Positions 1 to 11,959 of a stretch of DNA of 64,000 nt are shown piece by piece. Location: positions 61,132,001 through 61,196,000 of the forward strand of contig CM075982.1 in NCBI GenBank assembly GCA_038087875.1. The letters are read 5' to 3'. This DNA comes from Malacoraja senta. Its lineage: Eukaryota. The position numbers and the translations under genes are program-made. Positions within the stretch are counted from its first letter, which is position 1, and the number at the start of each line of letters is the position of its first letter. The notes beneath the pieces are model-generated. The model did not search any database and was not told where the DNA came from. It saw nothing but the letters and a program-made list of their open reading frames with translations.

Positions 1-185
1 GGTACGTACAGCAACAAGTCTGTTAGTGGTTAGTGGTGACATTCTACATGTCTAGAATGATAGGAGTGAAACCAATTGAGAAAAATGCAATATTACAGCT
101 CAATCAAGATATAAAACTGAATGGATTGAAGTCATTACAATATCAAGTGATTGTATTCCATGCAATTACCTTCCATTAACAGGCT

Positions 186-292
186 TCAATGGGTCATGTA
201 CTCTTTGTCTAAAGATCCACCAAGAGTGTGATTAATGCTCCGCTTTTGTGACGTACTGTTAGAATGTTGTAGATATTGGAGCGACCTCTTCC
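186..292 (-). CDS. ZNF217: ZNF217 last coding exon (stop-containing; the exon continues as UTR to a donor at 170)
   Basis: Acceptor ttacatttctttaaag| at 293. With the phase-1 G from the upstream exon it reads GKRSLQYLQHSNSTSQKRSINHTLGGSLDKEYMTH*, with TGA at 188-186. This resembles the recalled human C-terminus GKRPVSYQHLSNSMAQKR. A donor GGAAG|gtaatt follows at 170/169. Not in the ORF track (<60 aa). Confidence 0.85.
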
Positions 293-412
293 CTTTAAAG
301 AAATGTAAAACAAAACACAAATTTGTTAAAAGCTGATGAAATTGCCATCCTTTGCCAAGTTTTCAACTTAAAGTTATTAATTAGCCATCATACACACTTT
401 GAGACAATAAAT

Positions 413-626
413 GTGTAGGAAAAAACTGCAGATGCTAGTTTAAATTGAAGGTAGACACAAAATGTTGGAGTAACTCAGCGGGACAGGCAGCATCTCTGGA
501 GAGAAGGAATGGGTGACGTTTCAGGTAGAGTCTGAAGAAGGGTCTCGACCCGAAATGTCACACATTCCTTCTCTCCAGAGATGCTGCCTGTCCCGCTGAG
601 TTAATCCAGCATTTTGTGTCTACCTT
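413..626. mobile_element. Fold-back palindromic Penelope-like non-autonomous element with hammerhead core
   Basis: Inverted arms of about 75 bp around GTCTGAAGAAGGGTCTCGACCCGAAATGTC. Flanked by a 16-bp TSD with one mismatch: TTGAGACAATAAATGT (399-414) and TTGAGACGATAAATGT (625-640). Confidence 0.75.
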
Positions 627-1023
627 GAGACGATAAATGTCAAGTTACCGATACAACTGACCAAAGTTTAACATGCTATTTGAATCTGGTTCTTTTCCTT
701 TTCCCATCTAACTAAAAAAAGTAGAGAATGCCAAGATTATTTAGAATACAAGACCCTACATCTCAATATATGCCCACAGGTTACACTTATTAAAAGACAA
801 GGATTTTATGCCAATCCAATTCTCCAAAAATAAAACAAAGGAACACTTTAAGACATTTTGAATTAAATTCAGTAACAATCTAGGTTACCTTTTCAAAAGA
901 GGAGTGTCCACAAAACACTATTCTTGATATATCAGCATTAAAATATTGTTTTCATTCATTTTTAATGTGCTTACTTGTCTATTGACAGTTTAAACAAAAA
1001 AAGAGCAAGATAAACAACTGGTT

Positions 1024-1382
1024 CATAAGTGATAGGAGCTGAATTAGGCCATTTGGCCAATCAAGTCTACTCTGCCATTCAATCATGGCTAATCTATCTC
1101 TCCCTCTCAACCCATTCTCCTGCCTTCTCCCCAAAACCAGACACCCATACTAATCAAGAATCTATCAAGCTCTGCCTTAAAAATATCCATTGACGTGGCC
1201 TCCACAGTCTTCTGTTGTAATGAATTCCACCGATTCATCACCCTCCGACTAAGAAATTCCCCCTCATCTCCTTCCTAAGGGAACGTTCTTTTATTCTGAG
1301 GCTATGACATCTGGTCCTAGATTCCCCCACTAGTGCAAACATCCTCTCCACATCCACTCTATCCAAGCTTTTCACTATTCGG
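1024..1382 (-). mobile_element. CR1/HER1-type LINE 3' fragment
   Basis: ORF 1238..1420 (VKSLDRVDVERMFALVGESRTRCHSLRIK) is the CR1 ORF2 C-terminus, followed by a CR1-type 3' tail. Confidence 0.85.
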
Positions 1383-1479
1383 TCATTCACCACATTATCT
1401 GCACCCAACCTATAAATCACACTATGGCTCCAGATTCAATGTGAAGGCAAGGATGGAAGTAGCGGACCTCAATGAGAAT

Positions 1480-1664
1480 TACGTGTAGGAAGGAACTGCA
1501 GATGCTGGCTCAAACGGAAGATAGACACAAAAGTTGAGGTAACGCAGCATTTCGGGTTGAGACACAAAAGGGTCTGAAGAAGGGTCTCAACCCGAAACAT
1601 CACCCATTCCTTTTCGTCAGAGATGCTGTCTGACCTGCTGAGTACTCCAGCTTTTTGTATCTAT
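1480..1664. mobile_element. Penelope-like hammerhead element (partial palindrome)
   Basis: Same family as 413-626. Perfect 13-bp TSD CCTCAATGAGAAT (1467-1479 and 1665-1677). Confidence 0.75.
1570..1605 (+). ncRNA. Minimal type I hammerhead ribozyme motif
   Basis: GGGT-CTGAAGA-A-GGGT(ctca)ACCC-GAAA-CATC-ACCC. Stem I is GGGT/ACCC, the core boxes are CUGANGA and GAAA, stem II has 4 bp, and the NUH triplet is AUC (1599-1601). Activity is untested. Confidence 0.6.
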
Positions 1665-2602
1665 CCTCAATGAGAATAATATCAACTACTCAGGAGGTTA
1701 AAATAAATTACTTTCTTGTCATCTCCAGTGGGAAAATGGCACTAATTTAAGATCAATCTTTGTCAGGAAACCCTTATGTCTTTGTGAATTAGTAAACACT
1801 CAATACACAGATTTAAGCGAAAAGCAAACAATGTGTGGTACAATGCACCATTACAATATTCAAAAGAATGAAAATAATGCTTAGACCTTAATGAATTTAA
1901 CTCTCAGGTTTGATGGTCAAGCCATTTCATGCAAAGATATGGAAGAGCAATGACATTTTCATGGGGCTATTAATCATATTAACTCCGACCAGCTTTAAGA
2001 CCACAGGAGCATCTGGATATTTGACCATATAGGCCCATTAGGTCCTCAACCAAGCAGAACCCACATGCACTTCCCGCAGAGTTGTTAGAAAACAACCTAC
2101 CAACCCTTCCTTCATTCGGGCACCAAGCCAATCTTCTCCGACACTGCCTTTTCCATAAAACTCAAATTGGAATGCAAATTACATTTGCTTTTGTACGGCA
2201 CATGGAGATGAGTCTTTGTATGAATGTACGTAAAATTAAGACCAAGGTCAGATGCCGACTGAATCTAGGGTGACACTTATTTTAACTTAAGTTACCCAAT
2301 TAACTGATATGATTCTGAACATACAGTTTTTGAAAATAACTTTGCTGGTATTTAAAACCTTTGCGGGAAGCTGTCACAAACATGCCAGCTTCATTCCAAG
2401 GGATATAGCTCTTGCCAAAGTTATATTTAATCTTTTAGATATATGGGAGCATAAAGTTGTAAATCATAACATTTTATTTCTTTTCACCAAGAAAATGGGA
2501 CCTAATTCACATTGGAGTGGTCCCTCTCAAGAGAGTGGCAAAAGTGGAATTAGTTAGTGCTTCCTTCAAGCATCCCATTGACATTTACTATGTAAGATGA
2601 TA

Positions 2603-4123
2603 CAGTGTCCTCCATAATGTTTGGGACAAAACCCATCATTTATTTATTTGCCTCTGTACTCAATTTGAGATTTGTGATAGAAAAAAATCACATGTGGTTA
2701 AATTGCACATTATCAGATTTTAATAAAGGCCATCTTTATACATTTTGGTTTCACCATGTAGAAATTACAGCAGTGTCTATACATAGTCCCCCCATTTCAG
2801 GGCACCATAATGCTTGGGACACAGCAATGTCATGTCAATGAAAGTAGTCATGTTTAGTATTTTGTTGCATATCCTTTGCATACAATGACTGCTCGAAATC
2901 TGCTACCCATAGACATCACCAGTTGCTGGGTGTCTTCTCTGGTGATACTCTGCCAGGCCTGTATTGCAGCCATCTTTAGCTTATGCTTGTTTTGGGGGCT
3001 AGTCCCCTTCAGTTTTCTCTTCAACATATAAAAGGCATGTTCAATTGGGTTATGATTGGGTGATTGACTTGGCCACTCACGAATTAACAATTTTTTAGCT
3101 TTGAAAAACTCCTTTGTTGCTTTAGCAGTATGTTTGGGATCACTGTCTTGCTGTAGAATGAACCGCCGGCCAATGAGTTGAGGCATTTGTTTGATAGGAT
3201 GTGTCCATACACTTCAGAATTCATTATGCTACTACCATCAGCAGTTGTATCATCAATGAAGATAAGTGAGCCAGTACCTTCAGCAGCCATAGCCCAGGTC
3301 ATAACACCCCCATCACTGTTTCACAGAACAGGTGGTATGCTTTGGATCTTGGGCAGTACCTTCTCTCCTCCATACTTTGCTTTTGCCATCACTCTGATAT
3401 AAGCTAATCAGTGGTTTGTATCTTGCAGTGTAACCTCTGTATTTCTGTTCATGAAGTCTTCGGCGGACAGTGGTCATTGACAAATCCACACCTGACTCCT
3501 GAAGTGTTTCTGATCTGTCGGACAGGTGTTTTTTTTACATTTTTTAATTATAGAGAGAATTCTTCTGTCATCAGCTGTGGAGGTCTTCCTTGGCCTGCCA
3601 GTCCCTTTGCGATTAGTAAGCTCACCAGAGCTCTTTCTTCTTAATGATGATCCAAACAGTTGATTTTGGTGAGACTAAGGTTTGGCTGATATCTCTAACA
3701 GTTTTATTCTTGTTTCTCAGTTGCATAATGGCTACTTTGACTTTCATTGGAACAACTTTGGTCCTCATGTTGATAAACAGCAATAAAAGTTTCCAAAGCT
3801 GATGGAAAGACTGGAGGAAAGACTAGGTGATGAGAGACTCTTATACCTGCATTAAGGAGGCAATTATCCACACACGAGCAATTACAAATGCCTGTGAAGA
3901 CATGCTTCCCAAACATTATGGTGCCCTGAAATGGGGGGCTATGTATAAGCACAGCTGTAATTTCTACTTGGTGTAACCCAAAATGTGTAAAAATACCCTT
4001 TCATAAAATCTGACAAATGTGCACTTAACCACATGTGATTTTTTTCTATTACAAATCACAAATTGGAGTACAGAGGCAAATAAATAAATGACGAGTCTGT
4101 CCCAAACATTATGGAGGGCACTG
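2603..4123 (-). mobile_element. Full-length decayed Tc1-family DNA transposon (DD34E, long IR/DR-type TIRs)
   Basis: TA|CAGTG at 2601-2607 and CACTG|TG at 4119-4125. Inverted repeats of about 220 bp each carry two CCATAATG(T/C)TTGGGA direct repeats. Frameshifted transposase from ATG 3768 (MRTKVVPMKVK...TVRDISQTL...KSTVW) to 2854; FILQQD...WPSQSPNHNPIE has 34 residues between D and E. Confidence 0.93.
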
Positions 4124-5765
4124 TGCTTTTCCCAAATGGCAATTTTTGATATGTCATAAAGCTTCAAGAGCCTTAGAACAGTATAATGGAGGAGTGTCTG
4201 GCTTCAACGTAGCCACAATAGTTAGTGGCAGCATTGATCATTGCAATGCTGATCAACACAAAATTAATGCTCTTTTTACTGAACAGGGGCCAGATTAAAA
4301 TACCTTCTTCTGAAACACTGATGGTCTTTTGAAAAGCCCTGAACTTTTGGAAATGAGCATGAATCTTGCAAAATATCAAATTATTGAAAATAAGCAGTTA
4401 AACCAGCCATTACCTCATTGTATGAAAATGAACACCTATTTCAACAACTAGCCCCACCTTTTCCCAGCACAACATCCGAAATCAAATACGTTTTTCTTTT
4501 CAGGGAATAGTGGCTGTCCAAAGCCTCCCAATTACTACAAATACAAACAATGTTTACAGAATGAAGACTTTCTGACATTTTACAAATGGCATACCAATTC
4601 TATCTTCTAAAGCTGAAACACTGTACATAATAAACACAGAGCCACATCCAACCAATTGCATCCTTAAAGTATACCAAATAATTGGCTGGAAAATGTGAAC
4701 AGTTGCTTTGCAAAAATAATCAGTTTTTCCATACCCTCTGCTGACAAATCTCAATGCCCTATATGTGTCCCAAGTTGCATTACGACCAGAAAACAGCAGG
4801 GGAAAATGATCATGTTAAAATTCAGGACAGGAAGATGTCATTAGCATTTCTGATCTGCCAGGGCCCTTCTCTGGCTCCTATGACTATTTGACAGCCTTCA
4901 TTGTCACCAGTGCTGACAATCCCTGCAAAGTGCACGGCAGCAAGTATGAATAAATTGCATTAAATTAAAAGCCACAAGCTTGATAAATCTCTACAGTAGC
5001 ATCATAGTCTTGTCAGACATGATCCTTTCCGAGCAGCTGGCTTTATTTTTCAGACATCAACCAGCAAGTCAGGCAAGATGGAAAGTCACCACCTTGATCG
5101 GGGCAACTGATGCAAAAATAACAGGAAATGAGTGGCACCAGAACTTCCCTGTCTCCTCTGGGCAAAAACATTTTTTTTTTTTAAATCAGCCTGATGAACA
5201 AGCGGTGGTTGGAAACATCATGGGCTAATCAAGTTTGCTGAGTGTAATGCATTTCCCATGTCACTTCTGATCTTTCATCCAACACAATACTCAGCCGGGA
5301 GAATTCTGTCACAGACCAACAAGGCCTGCTTGTAATTCAAAGTGCTTTAGGATACTTTGGGCTTGAAGACGTGTAGCATTTCCTACTGCCTACGTTAGCA
5401 AGTGCAAACTGAAAGTTGGATCCGTGAGACCTCTCATTCAATATTATTTCTAGTGGGAATGCTATTAAAAGATTTAGCAGCGATTAGTCCTCAGACTTGC
5501 ATCTTACCAATTTCCAGCCCTCCAATACAGAGATGCCACACATTTAATCAGAAGATTGATGTTGCAGATTTAATATGAATCTTCATTTAATCCATCACAT
5601 TTGCAAGTCAATAATTGACTTCAACACAACTAAAGATCAGCAGTTTGTGGACAAGTACAGAGGCAATCATGAAGAAGTTGCTGGCGCAGAGCAGATGGCG
5701 TTGTCAGTCGTTCAGGCCGTGTAAACACTGATTTGTTTTACGTATATGTTCTGCTCCCTGGGTAT

Positions 5766-6090
5766 TCACCACCCTGGCCACACACTCATTTCACCCCTGC
5801 CATCGGGAAGAAGGTACAGGAGCCTGAAAACTGTAACATCCAGGTTCAAGAACAGCTTCTTCCCTATCGCCATCAGGCTATTAAACATTACAACCTCCAA
5901 TAAGCTCTGAACTACATAGATATGCGTGTGCGTGCGCATATGTATATGTGCGTGCGTGTATATATACACACTGAACTTTTTTCTCATTTATTATACTGTT
6001 TACAGTGTACTATGTTTATATATTCTGTTGTGCTGCTGCAAGAATTTCATTGTTCTATCTGGGACATATGACAATAAAACACGCCTCTTG
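5766..6090 (+). mobile_element. Rex1/Babar-type LINE 3' end
   Basis: Encodes HPGHTLISPLPSGRRYRSLKTVTSRFKNSFFP, homologous to the C-terminus of ORF 13805..14311, and ends in a GACAATAAA tail. Confidence 0.8.
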
Positions 6091-6531
6091 CTTAATGTTT
6101 GTCCATACGAATAATGGTAGTGATATTTTACAAATCCCTCAAACAGAATAAACAAATAAAAAGTGGCCAGTGTGTAGTTGATGACTGAAACACTAGAGTC
6201 ATTTGAAAGCCAAACTAGTTTGTCGTACTTGGCTTCTGGAAACTATGTGGGGGCAGGTGGGATTACAGTGAAAAAGACTGCAAAATTAGAAATAACACTG
6301 CTTTAATCGGTGGCACCTTGGATGAAAATAAAATCAGACCCCTGGGATGGCGTTAAATTACCAGAATGGCCATTTTAAGCAACATTAACTACTTTTGGTT
6401 CCCAAGGAATTAAATCTCCATTAGATTCCTATTTAGAAATCTCAACACTCAGCCTTCAGAAACCATTTTAAATACCTTCATACAATATTGATTTAAAGTG
6501 TCTGAAGTAAAATTTAACAAATCATTCTTAC

Positions 6532-8262
6532 CTTCTTGAGCAATATTAGTATCTCTACTGTTACTGGGTCCACACGTGCTGTACAGTGAAGCGAGATCTT
6601 GTGGGTTGTAGGAATTCAAAATTTTCAATACATTCCAACGAGAATCAATTCCATTTGAATCCAAGGCTGATCCTGGCTTAGTCGATATCCCTGTGCTTCT
6701 TGCCTGAAGAGGGGACATCTCCTGAGATAATTTTATATTTCTTCCTTGAACACTCCTCCTTATTCCAAATGAAAGCTGATCATTTCTTAAAGGACTATTT
6801 ATTTTCATTCTTTTAGCTGTAGGCTCATGTGAGTCCAAACCTCCCTGATTCTCAGATATATTAGTAAGACACATTTTGCTAACATTTGGAGCCCAATGAC
6901 CATCATATCTAAACAAATGTCCCCTGGGTCCTTCAGATTCATAGTCCAATTTAGTACCAGACTTTTCAGACACATTTCTCTTACTGGTACCAGCTTCTGA
7001 AGAACCATTCCTTTCTGCTTTTTGCACCACCTCTGGCATCTGCCTTGTTTCAGAATGTATAGATCCATAGCTTTCAAGTTGCATGTTAGGACTCTGGGTC
7101 ATCTTGAAGGCATTAAAGTCACTGGAAGATCTAGCTTCTGCTGCAGAGGGAAGAAGATTATTGCACAGGGACTGGTGTGAGGAAGATGATAATTTTGCCT
7201 TTCCAGGTAGCAAGTCAGAAGCATCAGTTGGAGCTGCTGGTAATGGCGACTTGGTCCGACGAGAAAACCTTTTGCTCATTTCTTTGGTGGCAAGCAAAGA
7301 AGAAACATCTTGACCTAATAGTGCAGGAGGGCATCCAGTGCGTCTGCTTTTAAGTGACCCACTATGAAAAGCATTTCGAAATCCATTTATCGAACTCGGT
7401 TCAGGAATATATTTGTGTACCAACCTTTGGTGCATCACTAAGACCTCTGGGTACAAAGTTCTGTAGGTACAAAATGGGCACACATTGCTCAGTAAGGCAC
7501 TCTTGGAAAATGAGGTAGATACATTTCCCTGAGGACTACCAGCGCTGCACAGGCTTTGCCGATATATTGTGGTACAAAGATTCAAAGGCTTTTCCAATAA
7601 ACTGAATTCATATTTATCACAGTAGTCCTCCCTGTTACGTCTAGTACTAATATAGCATTGGTCATTTATAGGAATGGGCTCCACCTTCATACTTCTAGCA
7701 TTATTCTGTTGCGTATAGTTTTCTGCAAGTTCCTCCATTGAGCTTTCCTCCAGAACATTGGAATCGTCAAGTTCGATAATAGCCTTTGCATCAGAGTTAC
7801 ATCTCTGTAACTCAACTATCAACTTTTCATCCATTGATTTCTCAGCGTGAGACATTGGCGACATTGGCAACAGTGCACTGCAGAAGATTCGTCGACCCTG
7901 ATGGATCTTCAGGTCCGGGAATTCTCTACTCATATTTGAAAACTCGGCATTTTGAAAAATTGGACTAGTAGACGAAAGAATCCTTTTCTGTTTCCCCCGA
8001 GGAAAGTTCGCATCTAAATCTTTGGCACCGCCCAAAGAATCTGTCAAGAACCTCTTGGAGTCTTGAAGAGATTCCTGGACAGATTCGTCATTTTCTTTTG
8101 GTGCTATTTCCAATTTTGGAGATGTCAATGAATTCTTCAGAGGATCATTCTTTTCTTCAGTCCTTTTCTGCTCACCCTTATGATGCCGTTCCAAGTGATA
8201 CTTAAGTGAGGTTTTCTGAGCTGCAGCATAGTCACAGAGGGGACATCGATGGGGTTTTTCAC
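6532..8262 (-). CDS. ZNF217: ZNF217 large internal coding exon (finger CPLCDYAAAQKTSLKYHLERHH, finger CPFCTYRTLYPEVLVMHQRLVH, CtBP-binding region)
   Basis: Acceptor ttttttgtttcag|GT at 8263/8262 and donor CAAGAAG|gtaaga at 6532/6531; 1731 nt, phase 1-1. Encodes GEKPHRCPLCDYAAAQKTSLKYHLERHH, EKPLNLC and SRRTGCPPALLG, matching ZNF217 motifs. In frame with ORF 6449..8194. Confidence 0.95.
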
Positions 8263-8311
8263 CTGAAACAAAAAATATATAATTTACTCATTTTAAATAT
8301 TTTTACTAATT

Positions 8312-8540
8312 TTAAACCATCCTACCAACAACTAGAGAGCAGTTCTGAGCTACTATCTACTTCATTTGAGACCCTCGGACTATCTTTGATCGGACTTTAC
8401 CTTGCACTAAACGTTATTCCCTTTCTCATGTATTTGTACACTCTGGATGGCTTGATTGCAATCATTTATTGTCTTTCCGCTGACTGGCTAGCACGCAACC
8501 AAAGCTTTGCACTGTACCTCGGTACACATGACAATAAACA
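8312..8540 (+). mobile_element. LINE 3' UTR fragment (Rex-type tail)
   Basis: Ends ggtacacatgacaataaac; related sequence recurs at 36810-36930. Confidence 0.55.
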
Positions 8541-8634
8541 AAAAGGTACAGGATATTTAGCCTTGCAAGCATGTTCCATCACTCAATGTGATTTGTAACC
8601 CCAACGCTACACATCCATTATTTTGAAAGGATTT

Positions 8635-8906
8635 GGGGTGGCACGGTGGCATAGTGGTAGAGTTGCTGCCTTACAGCGCCAAGAATGTGTTATTTGTTCG
8701 TTCTCCCCGTGACTGCGTGGGTTTCCTCCGGGTGCTCCGGTTTCCTCCCATATTCCAAAGATGTACAAGTTTGTACGTTAATTACCTTAGGTAAAATTGT
8801 AAATTGTCCCTAGTGTGCAGGATAATGCTAGTGTGGGGGAAATTGCTGGTCGGCGCAGACTCAGTGGACCAAAGGGCCTGTTTCTGTGCTGTATCTCTAA
8901 ACTAAA
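8635..8906 (+). mobile_element. HE1/V-SINE-type tRNA-derived SINE
   Basis: A-box-like head GGTGGCATAGTGGTAGAG, central V-domain (ttctccccgtgactgcgtgggtttcctccgggtgctccggtttcctccc) and a CR1-shared tail gggcctgtttc...ctctaaactaaa. Confidence 0.88.
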
Positions 8907-8941
8907 GTATATCACATGTCTACATCTTTCATGAAGTTTCA

Positions 8942-9170
8942 CAGAGGACATGGGTTTATGGTGAGGGGGAAAGATTCAATGAGAACCCGAAGAGGGTGGC
9001 AGATATATGGAATGAGCTGCCAGGGGGGAGTTGAGGCAGGTACTATCAAAATTAAAAAGGGATATGGGCCAAACACAGGCAGGTAGATAGGACTAGTGTA
9101 GATGGGGCACCTTGGTCAGTGTGGGCAAATTGGGCAGAAGGGCCTGTTTTCACGCTGTATGACTATGATC
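8942..9170 (+). mobile_element. CR1-type LINE 3' fragment
   Basis: agaggacatgggtttatggtgagg...tggaatgagctgcc...gaagggcctgtttt...tgactatga tail; shares its 3' end with the SINEs. Confidence 0.7.
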
Positions 9171-9218
9171 ATGAAATCCTTCAGAGGATGAATGATGGGG
9201 AAAATTCTATCTAAGGAA

Positions 9219-10310
9219 ATAGAAACATAGAAACATAGAAAATAGGTGCAGGAGTAGGCCATTCGGCCCTTCGAGCCTGCACCGCCATTCAATATGATCA
9301 TGGCTGATCATCCAACTCAGTATCCTGTACCTGCCTTCTCTCCATACCCCCTGATTCCTTTAGCCACAAGGGCCACATCTAACTCCCTCTTAAATATAGT
9401 CAATGAACTGGCCTCAACTACCTTCTGTGGCAGAGAGTTCCAGAGATTCACCACTCTCTGTGTGAAAAATGTTTTTCTCATCTCGGTCCTAAAGGATTTC
9501 CCCTTAATCCTTAAACTGTGACCCCTTGTCCTGGACTTCCCCAACATCGGGAACAATCTTCCTGCATCTAGCCTGTCCAACCCCTTAAGAATTTTGTAAG
9601 TTTCTATAAGATCCCCCTCAATCTTCTAAATTCTAGCGAGTACAAGCCGAGTCTATCCAGTCTTTCTTCATATGAAAGTCCTGACATCCCAGGAATCAAT
9701 CTGGTGAGCCTTCTCTGTACTCCCTCTATGGCAAGAATGTCTTTCCTTAGATTTGGAGACCAAAACTGTACGCAATACTCCAGGTGTGGTCTCACCAAGA
9801 CCCTGTACAACTGCAGTAGAACCTCCCTGCTCCTATACTCAAATCCTTTTGCTATGAATGCTAACATACCATTCGCTTTCTTCACTGCCTGCTGCACCTG
9901 CATGCCTACTTTCAATGACTGGTGTACCATGACACCCAGGTCTCGTTGCATCTCCCCTTTTCTTAATCGGCCACCATTTAGATAATAGTCTACTTTCCTG
10001 TTTTTGCCACCAAAGTGGATAACCTCACATTTATCCACATTATACTGCATCTGCCATGCATTTGCCCACTCACCCAGCCTATCCAAGTCACCTTGCAGCC
10101 TCCTAGCATGCTCCTCACAGCTAACACTGCCCCCCAGCTTCGTGTCATCCGCAAACTTGGAGATGTTACATTCAATTCCCTCGTCCAAATCATTAATTGT
10201 AATATATTCAACCCTTTAAGAATCAATTGCCAGTCAATCTTGCCCAATTCACGTTTCATACCCTCAAAGTTACCTTTCATACCATGTTTCATACCCTCAA
10301 AGTTACCTTG
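9219..10310 (-). mobile_element. Young CR1/HER1 LINE, 5'-truncated, with internal deletion
   Basis: ORFs 9604..10188 (ISKFADDTKLGG...LVRPHLEYCVQFWSP) and 9317..9580, with a (TTTCTATG)n tail at 9219-9241. An upstream CR1 ORF2 segment (NFEGMKRELGKIDW) is fused at ~10200-10310. Confidence 0.93.
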
Positions 10311-10854
10311 AATGAAAGTATGAAATTGAATACAGTGACATAAAGCCAACAGGGAAAGTTGTCAATAGATGGAAGAAGTGGATTGTTGACTAAATAGGCT
10401 TGGAGTATAACACACTACTAATCAGCTACTACCAAAAGATAATAAACCCTTGCTTAGTCATAGAGATATGGCCCATTTAAGTGGAAAGGTTTGGAGTAGT
10501 CGGATGGATTTTAATTTAACGAATGGGAGAGTAATCAATTATTGGTATGTTGCAATAAATATGCATAGCACAAAGGTTTTTTTTTGGTGATTGTACTGGT
10601 CAAGTGCAAAGGTTAGAACAGAAGATTGCTTGATGGATAATACACTGAAAGCATAGGGGCAGTAATAAGTCAAAGTCTACTGGATGCACAAGGCAACTCA
10701 AAGTAAGTTCTATTCAAATTGAACACCCAATTAAGGAGCATGGCACGTAATTCTAGGTTAAAACACCAGAATAAGAATATGGATTTTTTGGTAAGAGGTT
10801 CATGAGTGACCAGACCCGAGGCCTTCAATGGTCAACAAGAAATACTTGAGTTAT

Positions 10855-11152
10855 GGGGCAGCACGGTGGCGCAGCAGTAGAGTTGCTGCCTTACAGCGCC
10901 AGAGACCCGAGTTCGATCCTGACTGGTCTTGGACGGATGCTTGTCTGTGTGGAGCTTGTACTCTCTCCCCGTGACCTGCGTGGGTTTTCTCCGAGAACTT
11001 CGGTTTCCTCTCACATCATACTCCAAAGACATACAGGTTTGTAGGTTAATTGGCTTGGTATAAATGTAAATTGTCCCTATTGTGTGCAGGATAATGTTAA
11101 TCTGTGAGGATTGCTGGTCGGTGCGGAATCAGTGGGCCTGTTTCCGCACTCT
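10855..11152 (+). mobile_element. HE1/V-SINE-type SINE
   Basis: A box GGTGGCGCAGCAGTAG, B box GAGTTCGATCC, V-domain and tail as in the other copies. Confidence 0.9.
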
Positions 11153-11536
11153 CTTTTATTATAATAAAATATAATATATGAACAATTACTTTAAAATGAA
11201 TACAAATGAAAGGCAGGATGGAGGTCCTGCACAAGACTAGAGACCAAAATTAAGCAGCTTTGAGAAAGGTTTATTATTCAACTGTTAATAGGAAAGCAGG
11301 ACATGTGAAACAGGATTACAGAAAGATGGGTTAACCGATAGTATGAGAATAAAATGGTTCACCATCTACATTAAGAATGATCGCACTGCTTTAAAATATT
11401 AATGTAAACTAAAACTGATTTTGCTCATTAGGCCTTTAGCTCAACATAGCAGTAAACACAGTGCTTGTGGTTACAGATATTCAACATGTTTCAATATTCC
11501 TCTTTATGCTGCAGTGAACAAATAAAAAACAGGAAG

Positions 11537-11630
11537 GAAAGGGTCTCGACCCAAAATGTCACCTATTCCTTTTCTCCAGAGATGCTGCCTGAGCCGTGAG
11601 TTGCTCCAGCTTTTTGTGACTATCTTCGGC
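11537..11630 (+). mobile_element. Penelope-like hammerhead element, single arm, core decayed
   Basis: aagggtctcgacccaaaatgtcacctattccttttctccagagatgctgcc matches the right arm of the family. Confidence 0.7.
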
Positions 11631-11788
11631 AAAAACTGGGCAACTGTTAGTGGTAGAGTGACAAAGGGGATCCGATTGTAAAGGCCTCCCCTTTAATATA
11701 CTTGAGGAAATCATATGTTTGTAGGTTTCGACCCACCATGCTCAACCCAACGTTCCTTTGTAGCTTTGCAACCAATGCAACTATTTCA

Positions 11789-11959
<171 letters not shown>

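Noticed and set aside
413-626. Palindromes as DNA-transposon MITEs or pre-miRNA genes
   Set aside because: Variable 11-16 bp TSDs, unequal ragged arms and single-arm copies do not fit cut-and-paste MITEs, and the hairpin alone is not miRNA evidence.
6449-6531. ORF tail GKNDLL...VSEG* (and GRWP* at 23771-23784)
   Set aside because: Read-through into introns past consensus donors; a homologous downstream exon exists in each case.
10855-10925. tRNA gene (A and B boxes)
   Set aside because: It is the head of a repeated SINE continuing into a V-domain and LINE-like tail; no complete cloverleaf.
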